Shown piece after piece: positions 25,056-33,396 of a DNA stretch of 64,000 bases (the first letter of the stretch is position 1; each line of letters begins with the position of its first letter). The translations under genes were made by a program, and so were the position numbers. The DNA comes from an uncultured Ignavibacteriales bacterium (GTDB lineage: Bacteria > Zixibacteria > MSB-5A5 > GN15 > JAAZOE01). The DNA is taken from NCBI GenBank assembly GCA_964549765.1, contig CAZJWR010000012.1:1607-65606 (forward strand), written 5' to 3'. The notes beneath the pieces are model-generated. The model did no database searches, was not told the DNA's origin, and saw nothing but the letters and a program-made list of their open reading frames with translations.

Positions 25056-27398
25056 ATGTCGGGATCACAATCGATTGCAGGTCTCGCCTCCAATCTCAAT
25101 ACCACCGATATCATAAATGCCATAATCGAGGCCGAACGGAAGCCGGCTGCGCTCATGGAGACTCAGCAGGCCGAAAAGACCAAGGAAATATCCACTTTCA
25201 AAGCCCTGTCGGCCAAATTATTGGCGCTGCAAACCAGCATCCGCGCCATCTCCAATCGCAGCGCCCTCAGTCAGGCCTCGATATCGGTATCGAATGAAGA
25301 TGTCTTGACGGCGACGGCAGACGGCCTGCCGCCCGCCGGAACGTATTCGCTCAATGTGTTATCGCTGGCCGCCCATCATCAAATTGCCTCACATGGATAC
25401 GACGACGCCTCGCAATCCATCATGGGAACCGGCACGATCACTATCGCGCTGGGCGATCGCAGCCCGACCACGATCACCATTGATGCCGAGAATAACTCGC
25501 TGGTGGGAATCAAAAAGGCCATCAATGACGCCGATATCGGCGTCACGGCCACGATTGTCAACGACGGAAGCGGCTCCAAGCCCTACCGGTTGATGCTCAC
25601 GGGGAATGAAACCGGACAGAAAAACAAAATCTCGATAACCAGCTCATTGAGCGGCGGGCTCGATCTCGACTTCACGACGTCCGTCTTCGACGACCCCGAG
25701 ATCGTCGATTTCTCCGGCCAGACCACCTCGCAGGTCACCCTGGGATCGACCGCATCCTACACCGGGTCGACCAATAAGACGTTTACATTCACCGTCGCCG
25801 GCAACGGGCCGCAGACGGTCGGGGCCGGGAATATCCTACTCGATTGGACCGATGGATCGAATAGCGGATCGATTGTCGTTTCCCAGTCGGATACCGAAAT
25901 CGTCGGTCCGGAAGGACTAAAGCTGTCGTTCGGCGACGGCGTGCTCGTCGGCGGTGATACATTTCAGGTGTCGACCTTTGCGCCGGTTCTGCAACAGGCT
26001 TCCGACGCCGTCGTATCGTTCGGCGCTGGGGGCGAAGGGGCGTCGCCGTTGACGGTCAGGTCCGCCACCAATACTTTCGACGATTTGATCGAAGGGATGA
26101 CGATTGAATTAAATGGCGTTACGACCCAGGCCAGCGGTCCGGTGACGATCAAGACCGGTGTGAATACATCCGCCATCGAGGATAAGATCGATGCCTTCAT
26201 CAGCGCCTACAATGACGTCAAGGATTTCATCGACGAGCAGAACAAATATAATACGGATACCAGCGAAGGGGGGACGCTGCTGGGCGATCTGACCCTTATG
26301 ACCATCCAGTCGCGCCTGACGTCGATGATCGGCAATCCGGTGGCGGGGCTGGACAAATCGATGAACACCCTTTCGGCCATCGGCATTCGCGTGGGGACCG
26401 ACGGCAAATTGAGCATCCGCGATTCCGCCCGGCTCTCCGACGCGCTCGAAAACAACTTTGACGCGGTGCTCAAGCTGTTCACCGACAGCGGCTCCTCATC
26501 GACGCAGGGAATTTCCTTTTTCAGTTCCTCGGCCGATATCAAAGCCGGATCCGATTTCACCGTGGATATCACGCAGGCGGCGACTCACGGATATTTGCGG
26601 GGAAGCACGTTAACCGACCCCGCCGACGAGAATATCGTTCTCACGGATAACAACAACCGCATAAGGCTCCGCGTCGACGGCATCGTATCCAATGAAATCG
26701 TTCTCGAACCCGGAACATATTCTTCGGGCGAGGCGCTGGCGAACGAACTCCAAACGAGGATTTCCGCCGACGACAAAATCGGCAAGCTCGGCGTTGCCGT
26801 CGAATGGGTCGACCTGGGCGGACAGGGATACCTGAATATCACTTCGTCCTCATACGGTTCCAATTCGAAGGTCGAAACGATCAGTTCCATCACCCATTCC
26901 GCTCTCTCGACGCTGGGACTGACCGACGGAACGGTACGCTACGGTAACGACGTCGCCGGAACCATCAACGGCGAAAAGGCCACCGGCAGGGGGCAAATGC
27001 TTACCGGAGATGAGGGCAATGCCACCACGGCCGGACTCAAGCTCTTGGTAACACTGACTTCGTCTCAGGTCAGCCCCGAAGCCGAAGGGACGATCACCGT
27101 CACCAAGGGCGTCGCGGTGCTCATGACCGAGAGTCTCGACCGCATCACCAAATCCGGCAGCGGGGTCATTGCCAGCAAGACAACCGGCTTGCAGAGACAG
27201 GTCGACGATATCAAACAGCAGATAGACGCTTTCGATAAACGGCTGGCGATCCGGCGCGCGGCATTGGAACAGAAATGGGCGAATTTTGAGACCCTCCTGT
27301 CCCAGCTCAATTCGGAGCAATCGTATCTGAGCTCGCAACTCGACAACATCAGCGCCAATTTTTCTCAAATGACCGGATCCGGAAAGGGAAATGGTTAA
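25056..27398 (+). CDS. fliD: flagellar filament cap protein FliD (780 aa)
   Basis: IAGLASNLNTTDIINAIIEAERKPAALMETQQ at the N-terminus and a FliD C-terminal coiled coil (IDAFDKRLAIRRAALEQKWANFETLLSQLNSEQSYLSSQL). An IN-type motif is present (NSLVGIKKAINDADIGV). Confidence 0.92.
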   Translation: MSGSQSIAGLASNLNTTDIINAIIEAERKPAALMETQQAEKTKEISTFKALSAKLLALQTSIRAISNRSALSQASISVSNEDVLTATADGLPPAGTYSLNVLSLAAHHQIASHGYDDASQSIMGTGTITIALGDRSPTTITIDAENNSLVGIKKAINDADIGVTATIVNDGSGSKPYRLMLTGNETGQKNKISITSSLSGGLDLDFTTSVFDDPEIVDFSGQTTSQVTLGSTASYTGSTNKTFTFTVAGNGPQTVGAGNILLDWTDGSNSGSIVVSQSDTEIVGPEGLKLSFGDGVLVGGDTFQVSTFAPVLQQASDAVVSFGAGGEGASPLTVRSATNTFDDLIEGMTIELNGVTTQASGPVTIKTGVNTSAIEDKIDAFISAYNDVKDFIDEQNKYNTDTSEGGTLLGDLTLMTIQSRLTSMIGNPVAGLDKSMNTLSAIGIRVGTDGKLSIRDSARLSDALENNFDAVLKLFTDSGSSSTQGISFFSSSADIKAGSDFTVDITQAATHGYLRGSTLTDPADENIVLTDNNNRIRLRVDGIVSNEIVLEPGTYSSGEALANELQTRISADDKIGKLGVAVEWVDLGGQGYLNITSSSYGSNSKVETISSITHSALSTLGLTDGTVRYGNDVAGTINGEKATGRGQMLTGDEGNATTAGLKLLVTLTSSQVSPEAEGTITVTKGVAVLMTESLDRITKSGSGVIASKTTGLQRQVDDIKQQIDAFDKRLAIRRAALEQKWANFETLLSQLNSEQSYLSSQLDNISANFSQMTGSGKGNG

Positions 27399-27882
27399 TA
27401 TGAAAAAGGGGTATGACACCTACAAGGAAATCAACACCCTGGGCATGTCGCAACTCGATCTCATCCTGACCATCTACCGGGGGGCGATCAATTTCCTGCA
27501 GAAAGCCCGACATGATTTTGCCGCCGGGAAAGCCGATGAAGGGCATTTTGCCTGCGAACGGGCGCGGCGGTGCATTGTGCATCTGTACACGACGCTTGAT
27601 ATGGAAAAAGGGCAATCGATAGCGACGCAACTCGGGCAGCTGTACGCCTTCATGATCGAACAACTCGATCTGGCCGCGGCACAAAGATCGGGCGACCTGC
27701 TGATGGACATCATCGGCATGCTGGAAACCATCAAAGAGGGCTGGGAGAGTCTCAGGGACGCGGAACCGTCATCGGGAGAGACGGGAAAGTCGGAGCCGCC
27801 CGGCCGCACGCAAAATCGGGTAGACGCTCTTTCGGGGGAAACGGCGCCGGCCTCGGACAATCGTATAACTATTTCGGTATAG
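27391..27882 (+). CDS. fliS: flagellar export chaperone FliS
   Basis: YKEINTLGMSQLDLILTIYRGAINFLQKA...IVHLYTTLDMEKGQSIATQLGQLYAFMIEQL. ATG 27400 is an alternative start. The gene overlaps the fliD stop. Confidence 0.88.
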   Translation: MVNMKKGYDTYKEINTLGMSQLDLILTIYRGAINFLQKARHDFAAGKADEGHFACERARRCIVHLYTTLDMEKGQSIATQLGQLYAFMIEQLDLAAAQRSGDLLMDIIGMLETIKEGWESLRDAEPSSGETGKSEPPGRTQNRVDALSGETAPASDNRITISV

Positions 27883-27892
27883 GATAGAGATC

Positions 27893-28345
27893 ATGGAATA
27901 TAACAGCATCACTCAGTTGGAACAGGAACTGGCGCGGGCGCTCAAGGAGGAATATTCCTTCTATCAATCGCTCTATATCTTGATTGACAAGCAGCGGGAT
28001 TTGCTTAAATTCGAGAAAGAGGAAAAGCTGCTGGATATTTACACCGAAATCGAGCGATGCCATCAGCGGATCCGGGAATCGGAAGAGAAGATATCCATGC
28101 TCCGCCAGAGCAACCCCAAGCTGTTCCATCTGGCCGCCACTGCGCCCGAGGTTAAAAAAATTGCACAAAGCATCATCACCCTGATCCGGAAAGATATGGA
28201 ACTGGTCAAGAAGAACGAAGAGTACGCTTCGTCACGGTACGGGCGGATAAAGGACGAGTTGAAAAAACTGCAGCAGTCGAACAAAATCCTCAAATATATC
28301 CGGGACCTGGAGGATTCGCCGCAGTTTGTGGACAAGAAAAACTAA
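27893..28345 (+). CDS. second FlgN/FliT-like helical protein (putative late flagellar chaperone)
   Basis: 150 aa, all-helical and charged. It has an FlgN-like N-terminal pattern (LEQELARALKEEYSFYQSLYILIDKQRDLLKFEKEEKL). Its position after fliS is where fliT usually sits. Confidence 0.5.
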   Translation: MEYNSITQLEQELARALKEEYSFYQSLYILIDKQRDLLKFEKEEKLLDIYTEIERCHQRIRESEEKISMLRQSNPKLFHLAATAPEVKKIAQSIITLIRKDMELVKKNEEYASSRYGRIKDELKKLQQSNKILKYIRDLEDSPQFVDKKN

Positions 28346-28352
28346 ATTAATC

Positions 28353-28380
28353 TAAAGATCGAAAATTTCACCGTCGATAG
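28353..28380 (+). promoter_or_regulatory. possible sigma-28 promoter for flgM
   Basis: TAAA (28353-28356) - 16 nt - GTCGATAG (28373-28380). This matches 6/8 of the -10 and the spacing is one nt longer than consensus. It lies 22 nt upstream of ATG 28402. Confidence 0.4.
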
Positions 28381-28401
28381 GATTAATAGAGGTGAAAAAA
28401 G

Positions 28402-28743
28402 ATGAAGATAGGACCTGTGGATAACAGCGAGCGGCCCGCCGGGCCGCCCGATGACAACCGACGACCGACACCGGTTCAGCCGGAGACGCAGCAGCAAGCG
28501 AACGAAACCGATTCGGTGGAAATTTCCGAATCGGCGCGTTCGATGTCTGAACAGGCGGCGTCGGAAAGGACCAATGATACCACCTCTGCCGACCATACTG
28601 AATCGTCACGCGAGACCTCCGAGATGGATGAACGGGCGGACAAAGTCGAGCTGGCCAGACAACGGATCGAGTCGGGATACTACGACCGGCCGGATGTCAA
28701 GGCGGATATTGCACGACGAATCGCCGACGATTTCGCCGGCTAA
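28402..28743 (+). CDS. flgM: anti-sigma-28 factor FlgM
   Basis: 113 aa with a disordered N-terminus. The C-terminus is KVELARQRIESGYYDRPDVKADIARRIADDF, typical of FlgM. Confidence 0.8.
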   Translation: MKIGPVDNSERPAGPPDDNRRPTPVQPETQQQANETDSVEISESARSMSEQAASERTNDTTSADHTESSRETSEMDERADKVELARQRIESGYYDRPDVKADIARRIADDFAG

Positions 28744-28789
28744 GACCAGGGACCGGGTCGCAGGGGACCACCAGGGATAGGAAATAACC

Positions 28790-29695
28790 ATGTCTTCGCG
28801 TCATGATTCGGAGATTTTCGAAAAAATCAGCACTGTCGTGGGCGGGATCGACGCGCTGCCCACGCCGCCGATCGTTTTTACCCAGATTCAAAATACCCTG
28901 AATAACTCCAACGCTTCGGCATTCGATATCGCTTCCATCCTCCAGGAGGACGCCGGGATTTCGGCCAAGGTGCTGCGCATGACCAATTCGGCCTATTACG
29001 GCCTCACCCGCGCTGTGGAATCGATCCGGCAGGCGGTGGTCATCGTCGGAATGGACGCCATCAAAAACCTGGTCCTGACGGCTTCTGTCTTCGATATGTT
29101 TTCCAAAAAGCAGATCGACCCGGAATTCCAGGATTATTTCTGGCGGCATTCGCTGGCGACCGCATTTGGGGCAAGAATGCTGGCGCGGAACCTCGACGGC
29201 GCTTCCGGTTTCGACGCCGAATCCGGTTTTTCGGCCGGGCTGCTGCATGATATCGGCAAAATGGTTATCTCCGTATATATGCCCGAGGAACGCGACCGCA
29301 TCAAGAGCCTGAAGTCATTGCGGCCGATTGTGTCCGATCATGTCTTCGAAGGGGAAATCCTCGGGTACAATCATACCCAGGTCGGCGCGGTACTCGGCGA
29401 TAAATGGCAGTTGCCGGATAAGTTGGTCGAGGCGATCGAGTACCATCATTTCCCCCAGGCCGTCCCGATTGCTGAAAACAAGCTGCCGCATCTGATTCAT
29501 GTTACCAATTATCTGGCGAAATTGACATTTGATCTTGATCCTGAAGAGAAGACCGTTCCGTTCGAATTGCCCAAGGAAGAGGCTCTGGAAGCCCTCGGTA
29601 TTTCGGATCAGGATATCATGGCGTTCGCGCTGCCTCTCCGCGAGGAATACTTCAAGGCCGAGACCTTCGTCGCCATGGCGCGCGGCGTCGGCTGA
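28790..29695 (+). CDS. HDOD domain signalling protein
   Basis: LPTPPIVFTQIQNTLNNSNASAFDIASILQEDAGISAKVLRMTNSAYYGL...SIRQAVVIVGMDAIKNLV...GLLHDIGKMVI...HTQVGAVL: the HDOD signature. It lies 46 nt after flgM. Confidence 0.85.
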   Translation: MSSRHDSEIFEKISTVVGGIDALPTPPIVFTQIQNTLNNSNASAFDIASILQEDAGISAKVLRMTNSAYYGLTRAVESIRQAVVIVGMDAIKNLVLTASVFDMFSKKQIDPEFQDYFWRHSLATAFGARMLARNLDGASGFDAESGFSAGLLHDIGKMVISVYMPEERDRIKSLKSLRPIVSDHVFEGEILGYNHTQVGAVLGDKWQLPDKLVEAIEYHHFPQAVPIAENKLPHLIHVTNYLAKLTFDLDPEEKTVPFELPKEEALEALGISDQDIMAFALPLREEYFKAETFVAMARGVG

Positions 29696-29721
29696 TTGTA
29701 GAGAGCGAAATATTCCTGTGG

Positions 29722-29745
29722 CTGGCGGACGTCCCCGTCTGCCAG
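29722..29745. terminator. hairpin between convergent genes (HDOD + strand, 29807..30493 - strand)
   Basis: CTGGCGGACG-tccc-CGTCTGCCAG: a 10 bp stem with one G-U, followed by only a weak T-rich tract. Confidence 0.45.
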
Positions 29746-29806
29746 CATATCTTGCGATTAAAACCGCCGTTGGTGCACGAGGACGTACGCCAACCACGAA
29801 AATAGT

Positions 29807-30493
29807 CTACCGGCACGGCTCCGGCCCGCCTTTAAAGATCCAGTTGATCAGATAGACGGCGTCTATTATATTGGCCTCACCATCACAGTTGACATCGCCC
29901 TTGGGAGCTTCGATCACCGTGAAGCAGAACGGCCCGTTCCAGGCGGGTTTGCCGCCAGGAGTATACAACCACATGTCGTCGCCGATCCACCGCATGGCCG
30001 AATCGACACATATGGTGCCGGTTATGGCCGGGCGGAGATGGATTGTAAGAGCATGCTCCAGCGGTCCCGGCGGCGCCAGGGGCTCAGAAAACGTCGTACC
30101 GGATATAACAAATCTGGCCGACTGAGAATCCACCGGTCCCCATTCGCCCATGCAGAAAGGAAAATAATCCCAAAAGCGAAAATCTTCGACACGCGAAACA
30201 ATATTAATCGCACCCTGAAAATCCCATTCCGAATCGGGCTGAATCACCCAGTCCCATCGTGCTCCATCGTCTGAATAAATGTCGAATGCAGTACAAAACC
30301 TCTGCAATTCACCGGCGTTGGCCATGTGGACTTGAATTTCCACTTCCTGGCCGACGTAGGCGGTATTGGGGACATCTACCCACACCTCGTTGCCCGCTCC
30401 CAGCGGCGGCTGCGCCGAAAGCTGTCCGGCGAGTAGTACCAAGGCCAACAAAGCCATTCCCAGCCCGAGTATTTGAGTTTTGATTGTCTTCAC
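29807..30493 (-). CDS. secreted protein with C-terminal single dockerin-type repeat (paralog 1)
   Basis: GTG start and signal peptide (MKTIKTQILGLGMALLALVLLAGQLSAQ). The extreme C-terminus is KGDVNCDGEANIIDAVYLINWIFKGGPEPCR (a Dx[ND]xDGxxNxxD Ca-loop plus helix, dockerin type I repeat pattern). It is paralogous to 30546..31274. Confidence 0.8.
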   Translation of the reverse strand: MKTIKTQILGLGMALLALVLLAGQLSAQPPLGAGNEVWVDVPNTAYVGQEVEIQVHMANAGELQRFCTAFDIYSDDGARWDWVIQPDSEWDFQGAINIVSRVEDFRFWDYFPFCMGEWGPVDSQSARFVISGTTFSEPLAPPGPLEHALTIHLRPAITGTICVDSAMRWIGDDMWLYTPGGKPAWNGPFCFTVIEAPKGDVNCDGEANIIDAVYLINWIFKGGPEPCR

Positions 30494-30513
30494 CTCTCAC
30501 GCCTCCCGCGTAG

Positions 30514-30538
30514 GTCGAAACCCTTTCAGGGTTTCGAC
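30514..30538 (-). other. perfect 11-bp hairpin in the 52-nt spacer between the two paralogs
   Basis: GTCGAAACCCT-ttc-AGGGTTTCGAC. It has no U-tract on the minus strand and sits 20 nt upstream of the GTG start at 30493. Confidence 0.5.
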
Positions 30539-30545
30539 AATCCCA

Positions 30546-31274
30546 TCACCGGCAGGGTTCCGGACCGTCTTTAAAGATCCAGTTGATGATATAAACCGCG
30601 TCGGCGACGTTTGCTGTCCCGTCACAGTTGACGTCGCCTTTGGGCGCTTCCACCACTGTGAAATGAAATGGGCCACTCCAGGCAGGGCGGATATTTCCGG
30701 CACCTGCAAGTCCAAAATGCCACTGATCCGTGGCCGGAGGCCACTCCGCGGTATCAACGACTATCGTTCCCGGTGCTGTCGGCCTAAGATGGATCGTATA
30801 GGCGTGTTCCAGTGGACCGGCTGGTACGTTGGGAGGAGTTCCGCTTAGCCCGTCAAATTCAAACTCACATATACTCACGTCACAAAACCCCCACGCGAAC
30901 CCGGAAAACTCAAGATTGTCACCCCAGAATCGGGAATCGTGGTTGAGCGATATCATAATCGAATCTTCCGGGTCAGACCATGGCGGTTCCGATTGGAACA
31001 CCCAATCCCACTGTGCCCCACCGGCAGACACAGCCTTCATCCCCAGACTGAACCACGCAAGATCATCATCATTAGCAATGTACACCGGAAGCTCCACTTC
31101 TTGGCCCACGTATACTTTATCTGGCACGTCCACCCAAACCTCGTTGCCCGCTCCCAGCGGCGGCTGCGCCTGACCGGTAGAAATGATGAAAAGAGGCAAT
31201 AACATCAAGAGAAGAAAAATGAGCCGAAGAGCCTTTAGCCGCGATGACCCGGAAACATCCCCTGATATAGTCAT
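30546..31274 (-). CDS. secreted protein with C-terminal single dockerin-type repeat (paralog 2)
   Basis: It has a signal/TM segment and shares with paralog 1 the blocks AQPPLGAGNEVWVDVP..YVGQEVE, WDWV, GPLEHA.TIHLRP and PAW.GPF.FTV.EAPKGDVNCDG.AN..DAVY.INWIFK.GPEPCR. Confidence 0.8.
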   Translation of the reverse strand: MTISGDVSGSSRLKALRLIFLLLMLLPLFIISTGQAQPPLGAGNEVWVDVPDKVYVGQEVELPVYIANDDDLAWFSLGMKAVSAGGAQWDWVFQSEPPWSDPEDSIMISLNHDSRFWGDNLEFSGFAWGFCDVSICEFEFDGLSGTPPNVPAGPLEHAYTIHLRPTAPGTIVVDTAEWPPATDQWHFGLAGAGNIRPAWSGPFHFTVVEAPKGDVNCDGTANVADAVYIINWIFKDGPEPCR

Positions 31275-31702
31275 GCTGACCTCCCCCCAAGAGAACCGAT
31301 TGAAAATGCCGAGGTGTCATGCAGGTTGCCCGTACCAATAATAATAAAGCCAAAACCATTCGACCTGTCAAGGAAAAAAACAATAATACGCTTGCAATTG
31401 TCCGGTTAGGAGTATTCTCAGGAATACGCCGTGTTGCCAAACTCAAAGAGGGAATACTGCTGAGATACAGTTGCCAAGACGCACCGCGAGCGGTGCGGCA
31501 CCCATATTCCGTATCCACTTACCGCCACCCGTCATTGCGAACCCGCTTTGCGGGTGAAGCAATCTTTGGTCAATAACGGCTATAAATCGGCGATGCCCGG
31601 CCGGGCGCGACAAAGATACTTGGTCAGAGGCCTGAAAGTCTACTCAGCCGCGATTCAGCAAGCTCACGAGATATCCGGCGGAGCCCGCCCTTGAGATTTT
31701 CC

Positions 31703-31731
31703 TTGACATATCCGATATTTTATGATAATTA
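31703..31731 (+). promoter_or_regulatory. sigma-70-type promoter for tRNA-Val
   Basis: TTGACA (31703-31708) - 17 nt - TAATTA (31726-31731), with TG at -15/-14. It lies ~40 nt upstream of the tRNA. Confidence 0.5.
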
Positions 31732-31771
31732 TGGCAGTTCGAAGCGGTAATAGTATAGCACATTGGAACGT

Positions 31772-31848
31772 GGGCGATTAGCTCAGTTGGTTAGAGTGCT
31801 TGCTTGACATGCAAGAGGTCACTGGTTCGATTCCAGTATCGCCCACCA
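31772..31848 (+). tRNA. tRNA-Val (anticodon GAC), CCA encoded
   Basis: GGGCGAT-TA-GCTC-AGTTGGTTA-GAGT-G-CTTGC-TTGACAT-GCAAG-AGGTC-ACTGG-TTCGATT-CCAGT-ATCGCCC-A-CCA folds as a cloverleaf. The anticodon loop is TT-GAC-AT. Confidence 0.95.
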
Positions 31849-31857
31849 TGATAGCCG

Positions 31858-31886
31858 GGAAGCCCTTGCGAAAGGGTTTTCTTTTT
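31858..31886 (+). terminator. rho-independent terminator after tRNA-Val
   Basis: GGAAGCCCTT-gcga-AAGGGTTTTC stem (GNRA loop) followed by TTTTT. Confidence 0.7.
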
Positions 31887-32135
31887 GCGGCTCGACCGGC
31901 GCTCCCGACTCGAAGCTTGGGTGCAAAATCGCTTGCGCCGGAGCGGCGAGTTTCTTAAATTGTACGGTTGCGGTTTTGCCGGAAATAGACTACCCGGTGC
32001 GGCCCTGACGGGAAAGAAGCATAAATTCAAGCCGACCGGTGGCTTTCAGCGTATCACATATTCAAAGAAGCCGGGGCCGGGTAGGGTGAATTATAACACC
32101 TTCGCAAGGACGAAGGTCAGAGAGGAGGAAACGGT

Positions 32136-32765
32136 ATAAAGAACCGCGAGGCTCGAGTCAATGAACAGATTCGGATTTCTCCCATCCGGCTGATAGGTCC
32201 GGACGGGGAACAGGTCGGAATAATTCCGACCAAAGAGGCTCTGGAGAGGGCTCGCGAGGCGGGACTTGATTTGGTGGAAGTATCGCCCAATTCGCGCCCG
32301 CCGGTTTGTCGCATCCTCGATTACGGAAAGTACAAATACAATCAGGCCAAAAAGGCCGCCACGTCGAGAAAGCGGCAGCATATTGTCAGCATTAAAGGAA
32401 TGCGGTTTCGACCGAAAATCGAGGAACACGATTACCAGTTCAAGATGAAGCACGTGCGCGAATTCCTGGAAGAGGGGAACAAGGTCAAGTGTTTTGTGCT
32501 TTTTCGGGGACGGGAAAAGGCGCACACCGAATTCGGGCGGGAAATTTTGGATCGATTGGCGGAAGATCTGAAGGAGATTGCGACGATAGAAAATTTGCCC
32601 AAGATGGAAGGTCACAGCATGACGATGCTTCTGACGCCGCAGGCGAGCGCCATTCGTAAGCCGCAGGAAAAGCAACCTGACTCAAAAAAGAAGTCGCGCA
32701 AATCCGACGGGCCTTCGGAACCGCCGGAGGAAGTCATGAAAGAGGATTCAGCGTCCGAGAATTAA
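32136..32765 (+). CDS. infC: translation initiation factor IF-3, non-canonical ATA start
   Basis: The frame is open from 32097. The conserved IF-3 N-terminus (IKNREARVNEQIRISPIRLIGPDGEQVGIIPTKEALERAREAGLDLVEVSP) lies upstream of the first ATG/GTG/TTG (32271). AGAGGAGGA (32121-32129) sits 6 nt before ATA 32136. Confidence 0.88.
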   Translation: MKNREARVNEQIRISPIRLIGPDGEQVGIIPTKEALERAREAGLDLVEVSPNSRPPVCRILDYGKYKYNQAKKAATSRKRQHIVSIKGMRFRPKIEEHDYQFKMKHVREFLEEGNKVKCFVLFRGREKAHTEFGREILDRLAEDLKEIATIENLPKMEGHSMTMLLTPQASAIRKPQEKQPDSKKKSRKSDGPSEPPEEVMKEDSASEN

Positions 32766-32783
32766 AACCATCGGAGAGATACG

Positions 32784-32978
32784 ATGCCGAAGATGAAAAC
32801 GAACAGATCGGCTGCCAAACGGATCAAACGCACCGGGAGCGGCAAACTGAAACGATATCCGTCGATGCACCGCCATATCCTGACCAAGAAATCGGCCGAA
32901 CGCAAGCGCCGCCTGCGCAAATCCAAACTGGTCGATCCGACCAATGAAAGAAAACTGAACATCCTGGTCCCCAATTGA
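32784..32978 (+). CDS. rpmI: 50S ribosomal protein L35
   Basis: [24 protein letters not shown]...HILTKKS, 64 aa. Confidence 0.96.
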   Translation: MPKMKTNRSAAKRIKRTGSGKLKRYPSMHRHILTKKSAERKRRLRKSKLVDPTNERKLNILVPN

Positions 32979-33041
32979 GACGGCGCCGGTACCACGATTA
33001 CCGACGACCCTGACACGGACTGACATAAGGAGTGAATAAAG

Positions 33042-33389
33042 ATGCCGCGTGCAAAGAATAACGTCGCCGCCAAACGGCGGCACAAACGAGTACTCAAAAA
33101 GGCGCGGGGATACTACGGCGGACGCAGCCGCCTCTACCGCACCGCTATCGAAACGGTGCACAAGGGGCTGGATTATGCATACCGTGATCGTCGAAATAAA
33201 AAGCGGAGTTTCCGCCGTCTCTGGATTACCCGGATTTCGGCTGCGGCCAAGGCGTGCGGAATGAATTACTCGGTATTTATGAACGGCCTCAAGAAATCGG
33301 GTATTGACCTCGATCGTAAGACGCTGGCGGATATCGCTGCGCGCGACATGAATACGTTCGAGCAGTTGGCGCAAAAGGTCAAAGCCTGA
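33042..33389 (+). CDS. rplT: 50S ribosomal protein L20
   Basis: [35 protein letters not shown]...[12 protein letters not shown], 115 aa. Confidence 0.96.
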   Translation: MPRAKNNVAAKRRHKRVLKKARGYYGGRSRLYRTAIETVHKGLDYAYRDRRNKKRSFRRLWITRISAAAKACGMNYSVFMNGLKKSGIDLDRKTLADIAARDMNTFEQLAQKVKA

Positions 33390-33396
33390 TTTCATC

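Noticed and set aside
31526-31562. Shared 11-mer GTCATTGCGAA (also at ~41838) as a possible repeat family.
   Set aside because: Hundreds of identical 11-mer pairs are expected by chance in 64 kb. The flanking sequence does not match.
29807-31771. Genomic island, DGR or mobile element next to tRNA-Val.
   Set aside because: No integrase, reverse transcriptase, template repeat or direct repeat of the tRNA 3' end is visible. The similarity between the two genes is ordinary paralogy, and the tRNA faces away with its own promoter and terminator.
31885-32139. 84-aa ORF between tRNA-Val and infC.
   Set aside because: It has an Arg/Gly-rich composition, no SD and no motif. It is in a different reading frame from infC, overlaps the infC SD and ATA start, and occupies what is better explained as the infC leader.
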